A stretch of DNA of 46,073 nucleotides from Candidatus Eiseniibacteriota bacterium (GTDB lineage: Bacteria > Arandabacterota > Arandabacteria > JAGLYR01): assembly GCA_023132135.1 (NCBI GenBank), contig JAGLYR010000003.1, forward strand, positions 1 through 46,073, written 5' to 3'. This document shows, one piece after another, positions 19,311-26,826 of this stretch (positions are counted from its first letter, which is position 1; every line of letters starts with the position of its first letter). The notes under the pieces are model-generated. The model did no database searches. It saw only the letters and a program-made list of their open reading frames with translations, and was not told the DNA's origin. Made by a program: the position numbers and the translations under genes.

Positions 19311-20420
19311 ATGGAGCAATGGAACAATCGATCAATAGAGTCAGGAGAAAGGCATGGGGGGAAAGGCCGCGTGAATCGGAGGCGTAGTCGCTTGAGCCGC
19401 GTCGTGCGTGCGTGCGTGCTGCTCGTGCTGATAGCCGTTCTTCTGGTTGTGGAACGGCACACGTTGGGCGAGAGGCATGCATTCCGCCTCGCCGCGGGGT
19501 GGTCGCCTGTGCTGACGGGGAGCACCCTGCGAAGGCTGTCCTTCGGATATGACCAGGTTGCGGCTGATGTGATGTGGATCAGAGGTCTCCAGTACTATGG
19601 CAAGCAGCGGCTCTCGAGATCGCCCATGCCGAGGCTGGCCGAGTATCTCGATGCAGCGGTGGCCCTGGACCCCCATTTCATAGCAGCCTACATCTTCGGC
19701 GGAATCGTTCTGGCTCAGGATCTGAACCAGGGCGATGCCGCAGTGGATCTGCTCCTGCGCGGAATAGCGGCCAACCCGAAGAGCTGGGAACTGCCTTTCG
19801 AGCTGGGGTTCCTTCTCTACATAACTCTCGACGATCCCTATCGCGGGGGGAAGTACTTCGAGGTGGCCGTCACTCGGGAGGGATGCCCGGCAATGGCGCG
19901 TCGCCTTGCCGCAGGAGCCTATGCCAAGAGCGGGAGCCGGAGTGATGTCCGGAAGGTGTGCGAAGAAATCATGGAGATGTCGGACAATGAGGGCATGATG
20001 GAGTTCGCCAGGCGCGCGCTGGCGAAGATCCGGATGGAGGAGAATCTGGAGTACCTGCAAATGGGAATCGCGGGATTCCGGGAACGGGTGGGAACATGGC
20101 CCCCGGATCTGGAGTCGCTGGTGGGGTGCGGCGATCTGACCGGGATTCCATCAGAACCGGAGGGAGGGTTCTACGCCTACCGCCCGGAGACGGGGGAGGT
20201 GGGGAGCTCACTCCAGATCCAGCTGGCCCTCGATCGGCATTTCCGGGAACTGGAGGATGCCATAGCGCGCTACAAGGCGGAGAGGGGCCGTGTCCCTACC
20301 GGCCTCGAGGAGCTGGTGGTGGAGGGTTTCGTGGGCGAACTGCAGACGATTTTCGGATACCGTTTTGCATACGACCCATCCAGCGGCCGGATCTGGGCCA
20401 TGGATGCGTGGAGAACCTGA
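19311..20420 (+). CDS. Pilus-associated membrane-anchored TPR-like protein (PilG/Xap-like) with duplicated pseudopilin-like C-terminal modules
   Basis: N-terminal TM; ADVMWIRGLQYYG, LDPHF and NPKSWELPFELGF helical repeats; two G.WP..LE.LV..G modules; start uncertain. Confidence 0.6.
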   Translation: MEQWNNRSIESGERHGGKGRVNRRRSRLSRVVRACVLLVLIAVLLVVERHTLGERHAFRLAAGWSPVLTGSTLRRLSFGYDQVAADVMWIRGLQYYGKQRLSRSPMPRLAEYLDAAVALDPHFIAAYIFGGIVLAQDLNQGDAAVDLLLRGIAANPKSWELPFELGFLLYITLDDPYRGGKYFEVAVTREGCPAMARRLAAGAYAKSGSRSDVRKVCEEIMEMSDNEGMMEFARRALAKIRMEENLEYLQMGIAGFRERVGTWPPDLESLVGCGDLTGIPSEPEGGFYAYRPETGEVGSSLQIQLALDRHFRELEDAIARYKAERGRVPTGLEELVVEGFVGELQTIFGYRFAYDPSSGRIWAMDAWRT

Positions 20421-20421
20421 G

Positions 20422-21186
20422 ATGATGATGGTGTTGGTGTCCGTGTTCGGACTGATCGTGGGGAGTTTCCTCAATGTGTGCATCTACCGGATTCCCAGGA
20501 AGCTCTCCATCGTCCGGCCGGGATCGGCCTGTCCGGAATGCGGGCATCCGGTCCGGTGGTACGACAACCTGCCGGTGCTGAGCTACCTGTGGCTGCGGGG
20601 ACGCTGCCGGGACTGCGATGAGCGAATTACTCTCCGGTATCCGCTGGTGGAACTGATTACCGGACTGGGATTCCTTGCTGTGTTCCGGGTAGCGCCTGAT
20701 CTCATCTCCGGTCTGGTGGGTTGCGCGTTTGTCGCTCTCCTCGTTGTGGTGGCGTTGGTTGATCTGGACCACCGTATCATTCCGAACAGTATCGTGTTGT
20801 TTGGGACCCTCGTCGGTCTGGCCGCCGCCATGGCGGTGTCGCCGGGACTGGGAGGAGCGGTGTTGGGCGCTCTGGCCGGGGGAGGCGCACTGCTGGGCGT
20901 GGCCTGGCTCTACCGCCTGACGACAGGGGTCGAGGGCATGGGTGCAGGAGACATCAAACTGATGGGCATGGTCGGGCTCTTCGTGGGTTGGCAGGGAGCT
21001 CTGTTGACCATTTTCCTCGGCGCTCTGGCGGGGACCATCGTAGGGTTGGGGATCGTGGCGTTCCGGGGCGGGAATCGGCGTACAGCCGTTCCCTTCGGAA
21101 CTTTCCTGGCGCCGGCCGCAGTGGCGGTATGGCTTGCAGGCGAGCAGGTGCTCCAGTGGTACGCTCTGGCCCTCAACGGAGGCTAG
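20422..21186 (+). CDS. pilD: Prepilin peptidase/N-methyltransferase
   Basis: GSFLNVCIYRIP, CPEC / CRDC, YPLVE, DLDHRIIP, GMGAGDIKL, VPFGTFL. Confidence 0.96.
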   Translation: MMMVLVSVFGLIVGSFLNVCIYRIPRKLSIVRPGSACPECGHPVRWYDNLPVLSYLWLRGRCRDCDERITLRYPLVELITGLGFLAVFRVAPDLISGLVGCAFVALLVVVALVDLDHRIIPNSIVLFGTLVGLAAAMAVSPGLGGAVLGALAGGGALLGVAWLYRLTTGVEGMGAGDIKLMGMVGLFVGWQGALLTIFLGALAGTIVGLGIVAFRGGNRRTAVPFGTFLAPAAVAVWLAGEQVLQWYALALNGG

Positions 21187-21198
21187 AAGGGGAACGCG

Positions 21199-22578
21199 TT
21201 GGTCCGGGAGAAGAACGCAAACATCCTGGTGGTCGATGACGCCGAAGACGTGTTGTCGGTCATATCCGACTTGCTCCGTCTCAACGGGTACCGCGTGACG
21301 GAAGCGTCCAGCGGAGAGGCAGCTCTTACGGAGCTGTCGCGCGGGCACTTCGACGTCGTTCTGACGGACCTGGAAATGCCTGTGGTCAGCGGCATGAATG
21401 TCCTGGCCGCTGCAAGACGCCAGGATCCGGAGATGCCCGTTGTTATGGTGACGGCCTACAGTACGATCGAACGGGCCGTGCAGGCAATGCGGGAGGGCGC
21501 CTTCGATTTTATCCCGAAGCCGGTCCGATCCGAGGACTTGCTGGGAGTGGTCGAGCGAGCCCGCGACAGAAGCGCGTCGGCGGAGGAAATGTCCGGGAGC
21601 GGCCTGCGCAAAGGGTTCCGGGGCGAACCTTTCTGTGTCTGCGTCTCCCCGGCGATGCGGCGAGTCATGGAAGAAGTGGATCGGGTGGCCTCGAGCGACG
21701 CGACGGTCCTGCTGCTGGGCGAAAGTGGAACAGGCAAGGAGATGGTGTCGCGGACTATTCATACCAGGAGTCCCCGCCACGAGGCGCCCCTGGTCGTGAT
21801 CAACTGCGCGGCCATCCCCGGTGAGCTGATGGAGAATGAGCTCTTTGGATCGGAGAGGGGCGCCTTCACGGGCGCGGCGCAGCGAAAGCAAGGCAAGTTC
21901 GAGATGGCGGAGGGCGGGACAATTGTCCTGGACGAAATCGGGGAGCTGAATCTCAGTTTGCAGGCGAAGCTGCTGCGCGTGCTGGAGGAGAAAGAATTCG
22001 AAAGACTGGGGGGCACAAAGACGATTCCCCTGGACGTTCGGGTGATAGCGGCCAGCAACCGGGACCTGGAGGTGGAGGTGGAGAACGGGCAGTTCCGGGT
22101 GGACCTCTTCTACCGGCTGAACGTTTTCCCGATTGAGCTGCCACCCCTGAGAGACCGCAAGGAGGACATTCCCGATCTGGCGCGTCACTTCGTCGCGGAG
22201 ATGGCGCGCGAACTCAGAAAGCCTGTGGAGACGATCAGTGACGAATCCATGCAGATTCTGCAGTCGCATGACTGGCCCGGGAACGTGCGGGAACTCCGCA
22301 ATGTGGTCGAGCGGTCTGTAATCCTGTGCGATGGGTCGGTGCTGCAGCCTTCCCATGTCATCATTCCTGAAAGGCAACACCCGCGGGGGAAACCGGCATT
22401 TCTGGAAGAAGGGAGTTCCCTGAAGGACGTGTCCCGGAGGGCGTCGAGCGAGGCCGAGATCGAGATGATACGGCAGGTAATGGAAGAGGTTCGCTGGAAC
22501 CGGAGAAAGGCCGCCCGGCGCTTGGGTGTTAGCTACAAAACTCTGTGGAACAAGCTCAAGGAGTACCATCTCGGCTAG
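21199..22578 (+). CDS. Second sigma54-dependent response regulator (PilR2-like NtrC family)
   Basis: REC (ILVVDD, TDLEMP), GESGTGKE, ENELFG, GAFTGA, WPGNVREL, C-terminal HTH (LGVSYKTL). Confidence 0.9.
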   Translation: MVREKNANILVVDDAEDVLSVISDLLRLNGYRVTEASSGEAALTELSRGHFDVVLTDLEMPVVSGMNVLAAARRQDPEMPVVMVTAYSTIERAVQAMREGAFDFIPKPVRSEDLLGVVERARDRSASAEEMSGSGLRKGFRGEPFCVCVSPAMRRVMEEVDRVASSDATVLLLGESGTGKEMVSRTIHTRSPRHEAPLVVINCAAIPGELMENELFGSERGAFTGAAQRKQGKFEMAEGGTIVLDEIGELNLSLQAKLLRVLEEKEFERLGGTKTIPLDVRVIAASNRDLEVEVENGQFRVDLFYRLNVFPIELPPLRDRKEDIPDLARHFVAEMARELRKPVETISDESMQILQSHDWPGNVRELRNVVERSVILCDGSVLQPSHVIIPERQHPRGKPAFLEEGSSLKDVSRRASSEAEIEMIRQVMEEVRWNRRKAARRLGVSYKTLWNKLKEYHLG

Positions 22579-22809
22579 CCTGAATAACCCAGGCTATGAC
22601 CCAGGCAATTGATGGATGATGTCAGCATTGCAGTCTCGGAGCACGTAGCACGGAGCACTGGTTCCGAACCTTCGACCCGACACGGTGTTGCCGAGGAGTG
22701 GCAATCGGTTACACGGGGAGGATTGCGCGGAACGGGAGGGATGCGTCGGAATGCACCGGAAAGCCCGCGGGATCCACATGGAATGTGGGTCCCGCAGGCT
22801 TTGGAACTG

Positions 22810-22824
22810 TGGCACAGGACCTGC
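22810..22824 (+). promoter_or_regulatory. sigma54 promoter upstream of the minor-pilin operon
   Basis: TGGCAC-AGGAC-CTGC, GG-N10-GC. Confidence 0.55.
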
Positions 22825-22881
22825 GACGTACAAGGGCAGAAGGCCGTCTGGCTCAGGAGTCAGTAGAGGGAGAGCAGGACG

Positions 22882-23376
22882 ATGAAAGCGTATAGCATCA
22901 ACCGGAAGCGTGAAGGCGGATTCTCATTGATCGAGCTCATGGTTGTCATCGCCATGATCGGCGTCCTGCTCGGCTGCAGCTTTGTATCTCTCCGCCACGG
23001 GATGCCGGGACACGGGCTTCGGGCAGCGTCAACCGATCTGGCCTCGGAGCTTCGATTGTCACGCCAGAAGGCGATCACGGAGAATAACAACTACACCGTC
23101 ACGTTTGATACGGGCACGCAGTCGTACTCGATCTGGGACGACGATGGCAGCGACGGATACCACTCGGCAGAGGAAGAGGTCCGGGTTATTGCTCTGGCCG
23201 AGGGGGTTGTTTTTGGGACGGTGAACATCGGGGCATCCAACGTGCTGACGTTCCGGGCGAACGGGAGTGCGAGTAGCGGCGGGTATGTTGAATTGCGCAA
23301 CAACTCCAGCGTTGCTCGGCGCGTGAGCATTACAAGGTCTACGGGCACTATCACCGAGAGCAGGGTGGACGGCTAG
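22882..23376 (+). CDS. FimT/FimU/GspH-like minor pilin
   Basis: Class III signal G/FSLIELMVV; ELRLSRQKAI and LTFRANG GspH-like motifs. Confidence 0.85.
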   Translation: MKAYSINRKREGGFSLIELMVVIAMIGVLLGCSFVSLRHGMPGHGLRAASTDLASELRLSRQKAITENNNYTVTFDTGTQSYSIWDDDGSDGYHSAEEEVRVIALAEGVVFGTVNIGASNVLTFRANGSASSGGYVELRNNSSVARRVSITRSTGTITESRVDG

Positions 23377-23405
23377 ACTCGGTGGCATTCGGAGGAGCGT
23401 CGAAC

Positions 23406-23801
23406 ATGTCCGGGTTCTGGAATCGAGCCAGCGTATTCGTGAAGGGTACCGTCGGGTTCAGCGTGATCGAGATCATGGTGGCCGTCGTGATCTTCAGCAT
23501 CGGTGTGCTCGGGCTGGGTGCTCTGTTCCCCTTGGCGATTCGCAATGTCAACCAGAGTGCCATGATGACCCGGGCGACGCAGTACTCGAAATCGAAGATG
23601 GAAGATCTTATGGATGCGGGTGCGCAGCGCGTTGTTTCTGGAGCGGACACACTGAACGGGGGGTTTTACCGGTCGTGGCACGTGGCGCCGGACAGTTTGA
23701 CCGAAGGGCTGACTACACTCCGTGTGACGGTACTCTGGACGAGCGGAGGGACCGACAGGCGGGTCAACCTGAGCAGTACGATCGTGGACATGACCAAGTA
23801 A
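23406..23801 (+). CDS. PilV-like minor pilin
   Basis: G/FSVIEIMVAVVIFSIGVLG, KMEDL, VTVLW. Confidence 0.8.
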   Translation: MSGFWNRASVFVKGTVGFSVIEIMVAVVIFSIGVLGLGALFPLAIRNVNQSAMMTRATQYSKSKMEDLMDAGAQRVVSGADTLNGGFYRSWHVAPDSLTEGLTTLRVTVLWTSGGTDRRVNLSSTIVDMTK

Positions 23802-23816
23802 AGGAAGGCGATCCGC

Positions 23817-26801
23817 ATGTGTGCGCAGAACTCATCATCGAAGCGTCTGTTGAAGATCGGTAGCGAATCGGGGTTTTCGCTGATGGAAACCATCGTGGCA
23901 GTCACGCTACTGGGGATTGTGGCTCTGGCGTTCTACCAGACGTACAACGAGAGTCAGCGGCACCTGGTCCGAGGCCAAGCGGTGATGGATATGCAACAGA
24001 ATACGCGGATCGCTCTCGAGACGATCGCGGCCGAGCTGCGCTCTGCCCAGACGATCCATTCTCTCCAGTCCGATCGCATCACGTTCGTCTCGGATCTTTT
24101 CACACCCGGGCAGACCCGCGATATCCGCCTGGACACCGAGGATGTCGATCAGGACGGGAATCGGAGCGAGCTGCTGCTTACCCGTGAGCCCATGGACGAC
24201 GGAACGCCGGGAACCCAGACGGACGAGATTGCGAGCTCAATCGGATCGGTCCAGCTGCGCTATCTGACTTCGCTGGACGGCACGGTCGAAGCGCAGTCCG
24301 TCGACCAGATCCGGCGTGTCGAGATTACGGTTACCGGGATGCTGTCCGAATCGTATGGAGACTCGACACGAATCAGCTTTCTGACCACGGTACGGCCCCG
24401 GAACCTTAGGCTACCGGACCCGCCGGATCCGGATGCCGAGGCACCGGCAGCTCCAACAGGCGTGGAGCTCACACCCTCCTGCGGTGTGCTCGATATCACG
24501 TGGGAAGCCAATACGGAAGATGATCTCGGTGGGTACCGGGTCTCTTACAAAACCGGCGCCAGTGGAGCTCCGTACGACGGCATGGGTGCGATCCAGGGAT
24601 CGTCACCGATCTATGTGGCCACCGAGACGTTCCTCCAGCTTACAGGACTTGATCCATCGGAAGCTTACTACGTCGTCGTGACTGCGGTGGACGTGTCCGG
24701 CAACGAGAGTGGCTATTCTATCGAGCGAGTGGCGGTTCCCTATGACAACGCCCCTCCGCCGGTGCCGACGGGGGTTGCGGTCGAGGTGGGTGCCGACGAC
24801 GCGCTGGTCGTTGCGTGGGATGAGAGTCCGAGTAGCGACATCGCATTCTACCGCGTGTACTACGACTCGGATGAAAGCGGCGCTCCGTACGCGTGGTGGG
24901 ATTCGACCCGGATCATCCCTGCCCGTCTCGAGAATCTGTCGACGGGAACGACCTACTACATCGTCGTGACGGCCAGCGATGCCTGTGGTAACGAGAGTGG
25001 GTTCTCCAGCGAAGTCACGGGAGTACCGACCCCGTGCTCGGAAGATCACACACCGCCTGCCGTTCCGCAGGGAATCTCGGGTATTGCGGGCGACAGCAAG
25101 GCCACGCTGAGGTGGCAGGCCAACTCAGAACCGGACCTGCACACATACCGTCTTCTGTACGCCTCTGTCCATTCCGTAGACTCGGTGGAAGTGGGCTTGG
25201 GCACGAACTACACGCTGGAAGGTCTCACGAACGAGGTGGACTACGCATTCAGCGTGGTGGCTCTGGATGCCTGCGGAAACCGGAGCGGGGAATCGGCTCC
25301 GGTGACGCTGCGGCCCGTCTCCTGCGCCGGCGATGAGGTAGCCCCGCTGCCCCCGGCGGCCGTTGCAGTGGAGGATGCACGAGCTCCCACCGGAGATCAA
25401 CTGTTGCTGTCGTGGGCACCGAGTCTGGAGGCGGACCTCGCCGGATACTTGGTCTACTGTGGCGGAGCACCCCGTTCATATGCAGATCCCATTGATGTGG
25501 GAGATGTGGTGACTCTTGTTCTGGGGGATCTGGTTCCGTGGGAGCGGTACTACGTGGCGGTCGCGGCTTACGACCGATGCGGAAACTGCAGTGGATTCTC
25601 GATCGAGGCCACCGGGGTTCCAACATTCGGTTGCGAGTGTAACCCGAACGTGGCGTTTGTAACGCCCGCGGATGGCGCCATCGTGGAGGACATCGTAGCA
25701 CTGGTGGGCACCGTGTCGCCCTGCGCAGAACAGTCGATCATCAGGCTTGAGTTCTTGGTGAATGACTTTCCGGAGCGGGCGTGGATCGAGCCTCCGTTCG
25801 AACATCCGTGGGACACACGGCGCTGGCCGGACGGGTTCTACACGCTGGTGCTTCAGGCGACGGACGATATGGGCTGCCAGGGGCAGGACACGATTCATGT
25901 TCAGATCAACAACACGGGGGCGGGGCCCGGCTGTGTACGGGTAGATATCACCGAGCCGGTGTGGGTCTCGGGAATGTTTGACGAGGAAATCAATTTCGGC
26001 TTGGTGAACACCAGTGCCGTTGAGACGTGCGAACTGGTTTCGCTCAAGACGTGGTGGACGACCCAGAATCCGGAGATGTCGGTCGCGCGGCTCCACCGGA
26101 TTGAAATCCCGCGGGGGATGGAGGTCTGGGATGCCGGTCTCGAAGTCGGGGCGGCAGTCACCAGTGGTGAGGAAGTGCTGCTGACGTCCACGGTGTCAAT
26201 TACGGGTGGGTCGGGAGAAGACGTGCGCCTTTTCTTCTGGCACCAAGATGGGGATATGAATCCCGGGGGACGCATGAACATGCCAATGGGGCAGGTCCTG
26301 GTAAGTACCCAGGGAGTGGTCCAGCCCTCGCGTCTGTGCCCAGCGGATTCCTTCTACACAGGCTGTTTGATCAACGTGGCGAACCTGACGGTGTCCACGG
26401 GCAGAACCTATCAGACGGCCTATATCACGGTGGGAGACCATTACTACATCGACCGGAACTACTACGTCCAGGGGATCCCGAGCCAGTTCGAAGATCTGCT
26501 CTGGATCATGACAGCCAATGGGGACAAGTTTGAGGGGGCGGGGTATGCCCTGGAGTTTGACGTCGACCGGCGCGTTATCCTCTACGTGGCGTACGACTCA
26601 CGAGACGTCCCGCCTCACTGGATTACCAGCGAATACACCCCTGTGGGCCTTTCCATCGATGTGTCCGATGTGGGTGCGGATGTGCTGGATCTCTGGGCCA
26701 GGGAATTCCCTGCGGGACACATCACGCTCTACGGTAACAGAGAAGCCGGCGCGGGCTCAGGAGTCAAGACTAACTACGTGGTTCTCCTGGATTGCCGGTA
26801 G
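23817..26801 (+). CDS. Giant PilW-like minor pilin with 4 fibronectin-III repeats, a bacterial Ig domain and further C-terminal domains
   Basis: G/FSLMET prepilin signal, MQQNTRIALE..ELRSA, VRPRNL; four Y.(V)VTA.D..GNES-type FN3 ends; WDT..WPDG.YTL..QATD Ig domain. Confidence 0.85.
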   Translation: MCAQNSSSKRLLKIGSESGFSLMETIVAVTLLGIVALAFYQTYNESQRHLVRGQAVMDMQQNTRIALETIAAELRSAQTIHSLQSDRITFVSDLFTPGQTRDIRLDTEDVDQDGNRSELLLTREPMDDGTPGTQTDEIASSIGSVQLRYLTSLDGTVEAQSVDQIRRVEITVTGMLSESYGDSTRISFLTTVRPRNLRLPDPPDPDAEAPAAPTGVELTPSCGVLDITWEANTEDDLGGYRVSYKTGASGAPYDGMGAIQGSSPIYVATETFLQLTGLDPSEAYYVVVTAVDVSGNESGYSIERVAVPYDNAPPPVPTGVAVEVGADDALVVAWDESPSSDIAFYRVYYDSDESGAPYAWWDSTRIIPARLENLSTGTTYYIVVTASDACGNESGFSSEVTGVPTPCSEDHTPPAVPQGISGIAGDSKATLRWQANSEPDLHTYRLLYASVHSVDSVEVGLGTNYTLEGLTNEVDYAFSVVALDACGNRSGESAPVTLRPVSCAGDEVAPLPPAAVAVEDARAPTGDQLLLSWAPSLEADLAGYLVYCGGAPRSYADPIDVGDVVTLVLGDLVPWERYYVAVAAYDRCGNCSGFSIEATGVPTFGCECNPNVAFVTPADGAIVEDIVALVGTVSPCAEQSIIRLEFLVNDFPERAWIEPPFEHPWDTRRWPDGFYTLVLQATDDMGCQGQDTIHVQINNTGAGPGCVRVDITEPVWVSGMFDEEINFGLVNTSAVETCELVSLKTWWTTQNPEMSVARLHRIEIPRGMEVWDAGLEVGAAVTSGEEVLLTSTVSITGGSGEDVRLFFWHQDGDMNPGGRMNMPMGQVLVSTQGVVQPSRLCPADSFYTGCLINVANLTVSTGRTYQTAYITVGDHYYIDRNYYVQGIPSQFEDLLWIMTANGDKFEGAGYALEFDVDRRVILYVAYDSRDVPPHWITSEYTPVGLSIDVSDVGADVLDLWAREFPAGHITLYGNREAGAGSGVKTNYVVLLDCR

Positions 26802-26826
26802 ATGGGATTACCGAGGAGGGATTAAC

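Noticed and set aside
22609-22866. Small ORFs in the pilR2-fimT and pilX-pilM gaps as a hidden pilA
   Set aside because: No class III signal or hydrophobic helix; these regions hold sigma54 promoters
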